Origin: a virus
Taxonomy: Duplodnaviria > Caudoviricetes
DNA: 64,000 nt
Virus record (IMG/VR): IMGVR_UViG_3300028197_001183
Span: 1-64,000 of that record
Reading direction: 5' to 3' (one strand)
Made by a program: the position numbers and the translations under genes. Below are positions 35,247 through 45,274 of the stretch, piece by piece (the stretch's first letter is position 1; each line of letters starts with the position of its first letter). A model generated the notes under the pieces. The model saw nothing but the letters and a program-made list of their open reading frames with translations. It made no database searches and was not told where the DNA came from.

Positions 35247-36003
35247 CGACATAATGAGATGAGAACTCGGAGAATCCAAAATCGTCCGTAGGATCTGCAT
35301 TGAGCGGATCTGGTTGGACGGTATAACGCAATTCCCGTGGAGCCTGACGGTCCATAGTAGTTGCATAGTCCACCTGGACCTTCTTGATGACTTCGCCACT
35401 TGCGTCGCCTACAGGACCGTACAGGTATGTCTTAGCGACAAACTGTAGGGTATATACAAGTGTGCGGCGAGTATCATAGTCACCCTCATATTCATCACTA
35501 TAATCTACTGATGTGAGGGTCACAGGATAGTCTCTTTTCTCACCCAGGTCTGGGACCAGATTCATGGTGAGACTAAAACTTGGTTGGAAGTATGGGAGAA
35601 TCTGCTCCAAGATTTGCAGGGAGTCGTCCTGATTCTTTGCAAGAATTGACAATTCAAAATTGATATTATATGGCACAGGCATGAAAGCCTTTGTTTCAGT
35701 GCCGTCAGATTTAGTATTTCTGATTGCAGAAATAGGTGACAACTTTCTGGTAGGATCATAGGAGATACCACCAATCTCAAAAGAGACTCTAGGAAGTGTG
35801 ATCTGTGCCTGATCTTGTGCAGACAAGTCACCGACTTGACGAAGACGTGCCAAGAATTTATTCTTAGGACCATATGCCAGGGGCACCTTCATAACTTCGG
35901 TCTTCGATCCTTTAGTGCGACGAAGCTCGATGTTGTTAAACAGTGTGCCAAATCCGACAACTGTCTTTCTTATAATCTCGTGATATGTATAAGTGCCTAG
36001 CAT
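35206..36003 (-). CDS. g15: Tail sheath stabilizer/terminator gp15
   Basis: YHEIIRK.V.FGTLFN...VPLAYGPK.KFLARL...LPR.SFE...EQILPYFQP. Confidence 0.95.
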   Translation of the reverse strand: MLGTYTYHEIIRKTVVGFGTLFNNIELRRTKGSKTEVMKVPLAYGPKNKFLARLRQVGDLSAQDQAQITLPRVSFEIGGISYDPTRKLSPISAIRNTKSDGTETKAFMPVPYNINFELSILAKNQDDSLQILEQILPYFQPSFSLTMNLVPDLGEKRDYPVTLTSVDYSDEYEGDYDTRRTLVYTLQFVAKTYLYGPVGDASGEVIKKVQVDYATTMDRQAPRELRYTVQPDPLNADPTDDFGFSEFSSHYVDAKDYNPVTGQDE

Positions 36004-36884
36004 TAAATTGTACCGCCTGAATTACCAAACTCACCAAAGGGATTACCCTCTGTGAAATCGACAATACCATCTGCCTGCGTTTCGATGGTCCAGTTGGAAT
36101 CGATAGTGTCAGAAGTATTCACATTATTTAGGGTGTTGTAATTAGCACTTGTCCAGGATGCACTAGATGTATCTCCAGTGATAGTCTCAGGAATAGTGAA
36201 TCTACCGTCACGATTGATGACAATTAACTTACCAGTAGCAGAGTCCCACGATTTAACATCAGCCGTGGTGTTGGAGGTACCGCCCGTAACAGTCTCACCA
36301 ACGGTAAAGTCTCCTGACCCACCTGAAGCCATGGTGACGGTGATAGCGTTGGCGAAGTTGAGCTCGATAGCATCAATTTCTGCGACTCCTGTATTGATAT
36401 CTTCATCAGAGTACTCAAAGAGCTCACAACGTAAACCCCAGACATGGATTTTCCCGAGTTGGTAGAAGGGAATTTCATGCTCGACGAATTGAATTTCAAA
36501 AGTTTTGTTAGCAAGGGGGAAATGTATGAGGTCTCCTTCATTTGGTCTTCCTTCTACTATAAGTGTTGCGTTGTCGTCTACTGCTTCAGTAAACCTAGTG
36601 CGTGAAATGATGAATGTAACTTGGTCGGAGATTCTGACTCCGAATTTGCTAAACATGTCGCCATCACCACGAAACCCATTGGCGTCTTCGATGTATGCTT
36701 CGAGAAGATATGCACCATTGAATGATGATAAATTGTCCTCTCCAAAAACAGTATCTTCATTAACCAACGTCCTCGGAATATAATAAACATCTTTACCGAA
36801 CATCTTGATCTGCTCGACCACTAGATCTCCTACGAGATCTTGCTCCCCTGTTGTGCCTTGACTGAAGTAACTGTTAGTAGTCAT
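36003..36884 (-). CDS. g14: Neck protein gp14
   Basis: EQ.L..DL..EQIKM.G..VYYIPR...RPNEGDLI...FYQLGK...CELFEYS...NPFG. Confidence 0.95.
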   Translation of the reverse strand: MTTNSYFSQGTTGEQDLVGDLVVEQIKMFGKDVYYIPRTLVNEDTVFGEDNLSSFNGAYLLEAYIEDANGFRGDGDMFSKFGVRISDQVTFIISRTRFTEAVDDNATLIVEGRPNEGDLIHFPLANKTFEIQFVEHEIPFYQLGKIHVWGLRCELFEYSDEDINTGVAEIDAIELNFANAITVTMASGGSGDFTVGETVTGGTSNTTADVKSWDSATGKLIVINRDGRFTIPETITGDTSSASWTSANYNTLNNVNTSDTIDSNWTIETQADGIVDFTEGNPFGEFGNSGGTI

Positions 36885-36885
36885 C

Positions 36886-37686
36886 TTATCCGATCATATC
36901 TAGAGGTGGTAATTCCCATTCTGTACGTAGTTGCTCTTCAAGAGACTTGAGCTCATCTACAGCATCGTTATAAATCATCTCACCATTTAGAGACACACCA
37001 CCTGGCATTTGCACTCCAGTAAATTTAGTCATATTGCTTCCCCATTGCTTTTTAATCTTAGCGGAAGCATAATCCTTGACCCACATCTGATTATAAATCT
37101 CTGTCCATGTGTCTGGATTCAGAGCACGATATGCGTGGATAACGATATACTGACCAACCAAAGCATCCATTGACCAATCAAAGTCAATATACAGTCTGTC
37201 TTGCACAGCACTATATCTGACTGGTTTCATACCTTCCAATAGGAAGTCAATAGTTTCCAGGTGCTGCTGGACCATGTAATAATTATAAAACTGAGTAGAC
37301 GTAAAGTCATACAAATCATTCAGTCTCATCTGATAACGAATATCAAACATATTTCTGGTGCCCTTATCGGTAAAACCGAAGAGACCTTCTACTGAAAGAA
37401 TATGCTCAGGCATTTCAATATACCCATTTGCTTCAGACCAGATATCATTACCAGCATCAGACGTTGAGTTTGTGTTGGTCTTTGCTCGGTCAACAACATC
37501 CTGTGTCAACAGATGTTTCAGATAAACTTTCTCACATCCATCATAATGAAACTGTTGGAATTTTTGCAGAGTGTAATCGATAGCATCATCGACCTGATCG
37601 TCAGAGACATTAATCTCCAAGACTGGTTTACCCAGTCTACGGAGGCAATACTCCTTTAATTCTGCTTTGGAAGTAGGTTTTGCCAT
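36886..37686 (-). CDS. g13: Neck protein gp13
   Basis: YCLRRLGKPVLEINV..DQ.DD...HYDG...KQWG.N..KF.G..PGG..LNG. Confidence 0.95.
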   Translation of the reverse strand: MAKPTSKAELKEYCLRRLGKPVLEINVSDDQVDDAIDYTLQKFQQFHYDGCEKVYLKHLLTQDVVDRAKTNTNSTSDAGNDIWSEANGYIEMPEHILSVEGLFGFTDKGTRNMFDIRYQMRLNDLYDFTSTQFYNYYMVQQHLETIDFLLEGMKPVRYSAVQDRLYIDFDWSMDALVGQYIVIHAYRALNPDTWTEIYNQMWVKDYASAKIKKQWGSNMTKFTGVQMPGGVSLNGEMIYNDAVDELKSLEEQLRTEWELPPLDMIG

Positions 37687-37692
37687 TTGTTA

Positions 37693-40600
37693 TCAGAGAG
37701 CAGCGATTGCAGCCTGGAATGCTGCGAAATCAGCAGCAGCCGCGGCGACGGACTTGAGAGTTGTGAGGGTAATAGTCTCTGCTTGTAGTGCAGAGTCAGC
37801 AGTTGTGCCTTGTGCAGCAGTAGCATAAGCGGTTGCAGCAGTTGCAGCAGCAGTGCCTAGTGTTGGTTTGCCTGTTAGATCATTATATGCACCAGAGAAT
37901 AATGTAGGTTTGCCAGTTAGGTCATTGTATGCTCCAGAGAAGAGCGAAGGCAGGTTAGCAAGATCGTTGTAAGATCCACTGGTTGCTACGGTTGCCAGAT
38001 CTCCTGGTTGTGTAGCAGAAGCAGCAAGTGTGCCCTGTGCAGCAGTTGCATATGCAGTTGCCGCAGTGGTAGCAGCAGTGCCAAGACCTAAAGCGGTGAT
38101 GGCTGCTGATGCACGAGCATCGGCACGAGCGTCTGTGTAATAAAGATTTGTGCCTTCAGACAGATCACTCGTAGACTGGTTGCTAATATCAAGGTTTGCA
38201 CCAACTTGGAGTGCAATGCGAGCATCGGCACGAGAGTTGGTGTAGTAGAGGTTAGTGCCCTCTGCCAAATCTGCTGTATCCTGATTACTCAGATCAAGGT
38301 TTGTGCCAACATTCAGTGCAATACGGGTGTCGGCAAGTCCGTTTACCTGAGAGTTAGTGCGTTGAGTGAAGGAGAAGACACCAGTAGAAGCGTTATAAGC
38401 GAGATCGCCACCAGCACTAAATGCACCCCTAGCGCGAGACTGAGTAAAGAAGATGTTTGTGGATCCTTCTGTGACATTATCAGTATTAATATCAGATTGG
38501 GTAACAGAAAGAGCACCAGATCCATCATGCTCGATGCCAGTGCCATACGAGAAGTGTGACCTTGTGCGTGCAGCAGTGGTGAATAGAGCAGAAGATCCTT
38601 CTGTAATGTTGTCAGTATTGATGTCACCCTGAGTTGCACTCAGAGTCAGGATATTACCTGCATCATCATATGTAGCAGTGATGCCAGTGCCACCTGTGAT
38701 CAGAGCGTTAACTCTGTCATCAACTCTCTCATCAGTGAAGTAGAGGTTAGTGCCCTCTACAAGATCACCAGTATCGTGGTTGGCGATACTACCAACCTGT
38801 GACTGGAAGAAGGTCAATGCACCAGTAACATTCAAGTTACCTTGAATCTCAAAGTCAGTAACTGATTTGAAGTTATCAACCGTAAGTGTATTAGTGCTTG
38901 GGTTGTATGTAAGGTTAGTGGAGTCTGTGCGGACCTCAGTGAATCCGTTGTTACTCGAAACGAATGCAGGGAAGTAAGTAAGGTTAGAAGTTGTAGTGTC
39001 AGTAACGTCAACCAGATTTGTCTTGTCTGCAGTACCTGTAAGGTCACCAGTAACGTTACCAGTAATCTGACCAGTAACACCCAACGTGCCACCCATGGTG
39101 GAGTTATTAGTAACATCAAGACTTCCAAGGGTGCCAAGACCAGTGATCTCAGCGTTACCTGAAGTAGAGTTAAGTGTAATCTTGTCAGTGCCACTACCAT
39201 TCTGCAACTTGAGAGTCTTAGTAGCACCACGAAGGACCATGCTGTCCTTAAACAGTGAGGTGCTATCAACAGTCAGGGTGCCGTCTAGTTGCTGATTGCC
39301 ATCAACATTAAGATCAGAATCAAAGTCTACATTCTGAGTAACATTCAGAGTGTCATCAATAATGACTCTGCCTGCAACGTCTAGGGTGCCATCAATAGTA
39401 ACGTTACCTGTTGATCCTTGGACAATAAACTTATTAGTGTTAACAACGATCGATCCACCAACGTTGACGTTAGAAGTCGTGTTAACGGTAGCAATGTTTG
39501 CTGTAGTTGCTGCTACTACTGCAGAGGTGATTGTGCCGTCTGCAGTAATGTTACCTGTAGCACCAAAGAAGGTGATGGTTTCATTCTGGTCAGGTCCGAC
39601 AAAGATATCTTGACCGAAGTAAGAATCTTCATAGACTGCAATACCACCGTTGGTGACCATCAATGCTGCGTTAGCAGTCAGACGATTCGCAGTAGCATTG
39701 ACGTTAAGTGTGACCTTCTCAGCAAAAGCAGCAGTGTCAGTGACTGCCAGTGTGCCTTCAACTAGACCGTTACCAACAGTAGAGAAGTTACCAGTTGCTG
39801 AGGCAATACTAAACTTATCAGTAGTGCCAGAGCGGACAGCGAAGTCAGCATCAACATCTACAATACCATTCAACTCTGTGCGTCCACCAACAGTCAGTGT
39901 GCCAGAAGTATCCTGGTTGCCGTTATGGTCAATGTTATCATTGACAGTTAGCAGACCTTCAATCTGAGTTGTGCCAGCAATAAAGGTATTACCGTTGTCA
40001 GTGTCAACGGTAAATCTGTCAACCAGAGAAGATCTGATGACAAAGTTTTCGTTAGTAGCATCAATGATTAGAGTGTCATTGATGGTTGTCTGATCAGATA
40101 CGACCAGAGTGCCACTGACTGTAGCATTGTCAGTGATATCTACTGATCCACCAGCAGAGTCAAGGACAAGGTTACCAGCAGTGGTATCAATCTCGTTAGA
40201 AGCAGCAACACCGATTCTTACAGCATCAGCAGTGATGTCTGTAGAGATGATTGCAGCATTGAATGTAGATGTAGCGTTAACTGTCAGAGTGTCGCCAGAA
40301 GCGTCACCAAGAGTTGTGTTGCCGTCTACCTGAAGGTTGCCATCAACTTCAGCGTTGTCTGTGATGTGGACCTTTCCAGCGGCGGAGTCGAGGATAAGGT
40401 TACCAGTTGTGGTACTAATCTCATTGTTAGCATCGACCCCGATCTGGACGGCATCTGCGGTGATATCTGTACTGGTGATTGCTTGGTTAAATGTAACCGT
40501 GCCAGTAACGATGTGGTTATCTCCTGCCTGGTTGCCAATAGTAGCATTGCCATCAACAGTAAGAGTGCCATCGATTTGAGTATTGCCGTCAACATTTAAG

Positions 40601-43600
40601 TTTCCATCTACATCAGCATTGTCTGTGATATTGACGGTGCCACCTGCAGAATCAAGAATCAGATTACCTGAGGAGGTGCCGATCTCGTTAGCGGCATCTG
40701 TGCCGACCTTAAGGTCGCGAATATTAAGTCTTTCAGCAGCAGTCAGTGCTTGGTTAAACTGGACTGTGCCGTTAACAGTATGGGAGTCACCTGACTGGTT
40801 ACCAATCTGTGAATTACCATTGACATTGAATGTGCCGTTGGCAAATGTATTACCAGTCTGTGCATCTACAGTAAATGTAGTGCCAACTGCAAAGTCATCG
40901 GTAACATCTAGGGTGCCTGTAATATCAACGTTACCGCCGAAACTACCATCGTCGGTAACAACCAGATCGTCGCCCACATAAAGATCGAGACCGATGCCAA
41001 CACCGCCACCAACGATGAGAGCACCAGAAGATGCGTTGGTTGCATTTGTTGTATCAAATAGTTTAATAGATCCAGCGTCAAGACCTGATCTTGATCCACT
41101 GAATGCTTCACTGCTATTAGTTGCGTTGTGATAGAGAGCATATCTTGCAGCACTCACATCCCAACCGAAGAAACCAACACGAGCAGTCGAGTCGTAGTAT
41201 CGGAATTCGACACCACGATCTTTAGCATCCGACTGGGTAGGAGCAGTGTCCCCACCTAAAGTAATGACAGGATCATCCAGCGTCACTACTGTGCTATTAA
41301 CTGTAGTCGTAACTCCGTTAACTGTCAAGTTTCCTTCGATAATGGCATTGCCATCGATATCAAAGTCACCATTAATAGTAACGTTATCGGTGAATGTAGA
41401 GACAGCGTTGACTGTCAAGACATCAGTATTTGCATCACCGATAGTGGTCAGAGGACCATTGATTGTAAACTGCTCGTTAAACGTAGCGTAACCATGGACC
41501 AGAATGGCACCATCAGTAGCGTTACCCTGTCCAACACGACCAATGGTTGTGTAACCAGACTCGCCAAGGATAGAGAATTCAACGTTATCATTAGTGTCAA
41601 CCTTACCAACGTAGAAGTCATCACCAACATGCAGATCTTGGACAATACCAACACCACCAGCAACTCTCAGTTGAGCATCAGCATCATTTGCAAAGGATGC
41701 GTTGTGTGCTGTGCCACCACCCATATAGGTGCGGTATAGGACATCAACATTATTAAGCAGGGAAGGACGTGTGCGAGCAGTGCCAGCATCTTTGACGACC
41801 AGACGATCTGCCAGATAGATGTCACCACCAACACGGAGATCCTTATCCATGTTGACGCCACCAGCGAAGGTAGCATTACCTCCAGTGCTTAGGGTGATAT
41901 CAGAATCAGTCTCGCCAATAGTAATATTGTTAGTGCGCTCAAAAGTGTTGACGCCGCCAACATTAAGACTACCTTCGATATCTGTATTGCCATTCGTGCT
42001 CAGAATACGGAACGTTTGATTACTGCCGTTGGTAATAGTAAGATACTTACCAGTGACATCCATCAAGAAGTCATTGTGGAAGACCACATCATCATCGACA
42101 TCCAATTCAGCATTGAATGTTACGTTGCTATCAACATTAAGAGTTGAATCAAAGTCAACACCTTGGACTACATGAAGTGTCCCTTGGACATCAGTATTAC
42201 CGTTATCAGAATCAACAGTAAACTTATTGACTGATCCAGCAGTGCGGATAATAAATTCTTTGTTATCAGCAGTGAGGATGAGATTATCTGTAATCTCAGT
42301 CTCAAGTTGAATGTCCAGGGTGCCTTCGATAACAGTGTTACCAGTTGCACTCGCGATAGTAAACTTATCAGTAGTATTATTTCTAACAGCAAAGTTGGCA
42401 TCAATGTCAACTGTGCCGTCAATCTCAACGTTACCATTCAGGTGGGTTGTGCCACCGACGTTAAGATTCTCAGAGATACCTGTGCCACCAGTCACCACCA
42501 AGGTGCCAGTTGTAGGTGTCTTCCAAGTAGAAGAAGTATCTGTAGTTAGTCTGAGGTTACCAGCAATGATAGGAGCGTCAGTGCCAGCGTAGACTTCAGA
42601 GGTGTTAGTCGCATTGTAGAGGAACCTATACCCGCCAGTGCCAGACCAAATGTTAGAGTCCGCATAGTCTTCATCCCAACCATAGAATCCAAATCGCTCT
42701 TGACTATCATAATACCTAAATTCAATACCACGATCCTTATTGTCATCAACTGTAAGAGTATCCTCACCACCCAAAGTCATGATGGGGTCTTGGATAGTCA
42801 CCACAGTTGAGTTAACGGTGGTTGTAACACCATCAACTGTCAGGTCACCACGGATACGGACGGTGCCAGTAATGTCATCGTCGTCATTAGGATCCAACAC
42901 CATAATGGCATTGGTTGTAGAGAAGACGTTATCTTGGAAGTGGAAGTCTTCAACATTAACTCTATGGTCAACGTCGGTAACCAAGATCGTAATATCCTGA
43001 TCTGAAGTAACGTTAAGAGTTGCATCTCCACTACCAGCATTGGTAACATTGATGTCCATGGAGCGATCTGTCGCTTCATTTACCTCTAGAGCAATCTCTA
43101 GATTTCCTGAGGTCCGCTTAATAAACTGGTTGGCCTTTGTAACATCAAGAGTAATGTTACCACTGATGGTAGCATCGAGGTTAACGTCAACAAGACCAGT
43201 GAGAGATGATCCACTGGTGGCACTACCGTTACCGTTAGCGTCGTCAGCAGTAATAGCAGGATAGGAATTGCCCTGACCCAGAATGCTAGGTTGGAAAGGA
43301 TACTCACCAGTATCGTAACCAACGATACGGAATACGCTACCGCCAGTTCTGTTGTTAACGTTAATATGATTAAGCTTGGTAATGCCATGATAAGCATTAT
43401 CAGTCGTTCTTTCGGGGTCCAGCTCAAAGGTTTCAGTTGCATTTTGGTCCGTAAACATCAAATGACCCAGTGATTGCAACTGGGAATTCTCTACTGCGTT
43501 AGCAGCAATTGTCACATGACCGTTGGCATCTACGTCAAAGTCTTCTTGGTCAAAACTCGCAAGACCCTTTTGCTCTGTGGTATCAGTACCCAGATCTCTC

Positions 43601-44631
43601 CATCCACCTTGATCGTCTGCATCACCACCTTGGATGCTGTGTGATGGCTCTCCAAGTCCTGAACCGATATCCCTAATCGCTGCTTGATAAATTCTACCGT
43701 TACTTGCAATAACCTTGGAAAATCTAGGATATGCAGTAGCGTTATCGTAAGTGGTGAAAGATGTGCCAGTCTTCGCGCCCTCCGTTGCTGTGGCGATTGG
43801 TGAAGTATTAGCATAAACTAGACGACCATATCTGTCAACTTGGAAGTTAACGGTGTTAACTGTTTCCTCACCAGTTGAAGCACTAATCAAAGGATTGATT
43901 AGAGCATCCATCGAGTTGAGTGGATTATACTTACCCACCACAACTGTGGTATCTGCTAGGTCAACGAATGGATTATTAGTTTGAGCATTACCATTTTGTA
44001 CAATGATACGCCCACTACCACCAGTAACAGTGCGGTTTACTAGAGTGCCTTCTGCCTGACGAGAGATGAAACCAAAACCCGACATGTTTGCCAGAGAGGT
44101 TAGATCACTATCTAAAGGTTGTGCGTCACCAATACCATACTCAGCAAGAGTGCCAGGTGTTTCAGCATCGATAATACGACCACGAGAGTCTACCGTGATA
44201 CGTGTGTAGGTGCCAGTTGCTGCTAGGTCATTCTCATCGTAGTGAGGCAGTGCCACCACATAATTCAATTCGGCAGTAATGGTCAGGTTTGAGGATCCAT
44301 CAAACGTGCCAGCACCAGACATATCACCACCCAGGGCGATCTGTCGTGCGTTTGCCAGTCGGGTTGCCGTAGCAGAGTTACCAACGAGAGAAGCAGTAAT
44401 TGCACCTGCCTCAAAGTTACCGTCAGCATCACGTTTAACAAGCGTGTTAGCGGTATTAGATTCCGTCTCAATCGGTCTCTCATATCTTAGAGAGTTCCAG
44501 GCGGTTACACCATCACCGATTTTGATACGCGAGGTATCAATTTCGATTCCCAACTCACCTTGGGCGAGAATAGGGTTGACGTTTGCCCACTGCTGAGCAC
44601 CGTCACGTCTTAATTGTATTCTATTTGCCAT
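37693..44631 (-). CDS. Long tail-fibre-like protein (2312 aa)
   Basis: N-terminal RIQLRRD...NPILAQGE.G.E.DT..KIGDG..W attachment motif; repeated DRG.EFRYYD, NEI.T..GNL.LDSA.G and EGTNLY.T..R blocks. Confidence 0.85.
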   Translation of the reverse strand: MANRIQLRRDGAQQWANVNPILAQGELGIEIDTSRIKIGDGVTAWNSLRYERPIETESNTANTLVKRDADGNFEAGAITASLVGNSATATRLANARQIALGGDMSGAGTFDGSSNLTITAELNYVVALPHYDENDLAATGTYTRITVDSRGRIIDAETPGTLAEYGIGDAQPLDSDLTSLANMSGFGFISRQAEGTLVNRTVTGGSGRIIVQNGNAQTNNPFVDLADTTVVVGKYNPLNSMDALINPLISASTGEETVNTVNFQVDRYGRLVYANTSPIATATEGAKTGTSFTTYDNATAYPRFSKVIASNGRIYQAAIRDIGSGLGEPSHSIQGGDADDQGGWRDLGTDTTEQKGLASFDQEDFDVDANGHVTIAANAVENSQLQSLGHLMFTDQNATETFELDPERTTDNAYHGITKLNHINVNNRTGGSVFRIVGYDTGEYPFQPSILGQGNSYPAITADDANGNGSATSGSSLTGLVDVNLDATISGNITLDVTKANQFIKRTSGNLEIALEVNEATDRSMDINVTNAGSGDATLNVTSDQDITILVTDVDHRVNVEDFHFQDNVFSTTNAIMVLDPNDDDDITGTVRIRGDLTVDGVTTTVNSTVVTIQDPIMTLGGEDTLTVDDNKDRGIEFRYYDSQERFGFYGWDEDYADSNIWSGTGGYRFLYNATNTSEVYAGTDAPIIAGNLRLTTDTSSTWKTPTTGTLVVTGGTGISENLNVGGTTHLNGNVEIDGTVDIDANFAVRNNTTDKFTIASATGNTVIEGTLDIQLETEITDNLILTADNKEFIIRTAGSVNKFTVDSDNGNTDVQGTLHVVQGVDFDSTLNVDSNVTFNAELDVDDDVVFHNDFLMDVTGKYLTITNGSNQTFRILSTNGNTDIEGSLNVGGVNTFERTNNITIGETDSDITLSTGGNATFAGGVNMDKDLRVGGDIYLADRLVVKDAGTARTRPSLLNNVDVLYRTYMGGGTAHNASFANDADAQLRVAGGVGIVQDLHVGDDFYVGKVDTNDNVEFSILGESGYTTIGRVGQGNATDGAILVHGYATFNEQFTINGPLTTIGDANTDVLTVNAVSTFTDNVTINGDFDIDGNAIIEGNLTVNGVTTTVNSTVVTLDDPVITLGGDTAPTQSDAKDRGVEFRYYDSTARVGFFGWDVSAARYALYHNATNSSEAFSGSRSGLDAGSIKLFDTTNATNASSGALIVGGGVGIGLDLYVGDDLVVTDDGSFGGNVDITGTLDVTDDFAVGTTFTVDAQTGNTFANGTFNVNGNSQIGNQSGDSHTVNGTVQFNQALTAAERLNIRDLKVGTDAANEIGTSSGNLILDSAGGTVNITDNADVDGNLNVDGNTQIDGTLTVDGNATIGNQAGDNHIVTGTVTFNQAITSTDITADAVQIGVDANNEISTTTGNLILDSAAGKVHITDNAEVDGNLQVDGNTTLGDASGDTLTVNATSTFNAAIISTDITADAVRIGVAASNEIDTTAGNLVLDSAGGSVDITDNATVSGTLVVSDQTTINDTLIIDATNENFVIRSSLVDRFTVDTDNGNTFIAGTTQIEGLLTVNDNIDHNGNQDTSGTLTVGGRTELNGIVDVDADFAVRSGTTDKFSIASATGNFSTVGNGLVEGTLAVTDTAAFAEKVTLNVNATANRLTANAALMVTNGGIAVYEDSYFGQDIFVGPDQNETITFFGATGNITADGTITSAVVAATTANIATVNTTSNVNVGGSIVVNTNKFIVQGSTGNVTIDGTLDVAGRVIIDDTLNVTQNVDFDSDLNVDGNQQLDGTLTVDSTSLFKDSMVLRGATKTLKLQNGSGTDKITLNSTSGNAEITGLGTLGSLDVTNNSTMGGTLGVTGQITGNVTGDLTGTADKTNLVDVTDTTTSNLTYFPAFVSSNNGFTEVRTDSTNLTYNPSTNTLTVDNFKSVTDFEIQGNLNVTGALTFFQSQVGSIANHDTGDLVEGTNLYFTDERVDDRVNALITGGTGITATYDDAGNILTLSATQGDINTDNITEGSSALFTTAARTRSHFSYGTGIEHDGSGALSVTQSDINTDNVTEGSTNIFFTQSRARGAFSAGGDLAYNASTGVFSFTQRTNSQVNGLADTRIALNVGTNLDLSNQDTADLAEGTNLYYTNSRADARIALQVGANLDISNQSTSDLSEGTNLYYTDARADARASAAITALGLGTAATTAATAYATAAQGTLAASATQPGDLATVATSGSYNDLANLPSLFSGAYNDLTGKPTLFSGAYNDLTGKPTLGTAAATAATAYATAAQGTTADSALQAETITLTTLKSVAAAAADFAAFQAAIAAL

Positions 44632-44672
44632 TGCTTAAAAGGATCCTAGCACAACAGTTAGTCTGTCTGACT

Positions 44673-44679
44673 TATTTAT
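44673..44679 (-). promoter_or_regulatory. Late promoter (fibre gene)
   Basis: ATAAATA immediately after a terminator. Confidence 0.75.
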
Positions 44680-44685
44680 GTCACG

Positions 44686-44707
44686 AAAAACCCCCTTTTC
44701 GGGGGGT
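44686..44707 (-). terminator. Rho-independent terminator
   Basis: ACCCCC-cgaaaa-GGGGGT followed by TTTT. Confidence 0.8.
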
Positions 44708-44712
44708 AGGGG

Positions 44713-44958
44713 TCAAGTAGTTTCCAGGTCATCGGGATCGACAGTCCCGTCTGGAAGTGGCTCAGCTTCTTCTTCAGTAGCAGGTGGATTGAGATACTCA
44801 AGAGTCTCAATAGCACCTAGAAGTTTTAGAGCGGTAGCTTCATTGCTCTTAATCTTGTCTGCCATCTCACGGTTGTCTTTCAAAAGACCCTGGTAGCGAG
44901 TTTTGAATTGCTCAAGCAATTCCTCTTGTGAGGCAGTTTCAGTCACATCAGCTGGCAT
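44713..44958 (-). CDS. Small acidic coiled-coil protein (possible fibre chaperone)
   Basis: AGGAG before ATG 44958; ...NE..ALKLLGAIETLEYL. Confidence 0.7.
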   Translation of the reverse strand: MPADVTETASQEELLEQFKTRYQGLLKDNREMADKIKSNEATALKLLGAIETLEYLNPPATEEEAEPLPDGTVDPDDLETT

Positions 44959-45238
44959 TGTTGTCTCCTTGTAGTAATGATTTAAGTAGGTTTTTGATTT
45001 CACCGATATCTGATTTTAACCCAGATACCTCATCTTGTAAAGTGTTTAACTTCTCCTCTTTCTTGGTGCGACGATTAAATGCCGCCATATAGTTGTCATA
45101 CTCTGACATATTACAATTCACAATAGCATTACTATTTGGGTCACGAAACCAACCATCCCTGCCTTCAACAGGGATTAGGTCTTCTTTGAATGGTTTAATG
45201 TAATCAGTTGAGTCAGTTGAGTCAGAAATGCTTGACAT
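44948..45238 (-). CDS. Hypothetical protein
   Basis: PVEG...RDP.S.AIVN....YD.Y...LKSDI.EIK.LL; ATG at 45238. Confidence 0.75.
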   Translation of the reverse strand: MSSISDSTDSTDYIKPFKEDLIPVEGRDGWFRDPNSNAIVNCNMSEYDNYMAAFNRRTKKEEKLNTLQDEVSGLKSDIGEIKNLLKSLLQGDNNAS

Positions 45239-45274
45239 ATCCAAGAATAATTATTATAATAACCGTGTTAGGTT
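45232..45274 (+). promoter_or_regulatory. Antisense sigma70 promoter with 5' hairpin (element copy B)
   Basis: Perfect TTGACA-17 nt-TATAAT followed by AACC-gtgtta-GGTT, which overlaps the stop codon of the 2435-aa gene. Confidence 0.72.

Noticed and set aside
37693-44631. Diversity-generating retroelement suggested by the Mtd-like N-terminus
   Set aside because: No reverse transcriptase and no template/variable repeat pair differing at adenines was seen. That N-terminal motif is a general fibre attachment domain.
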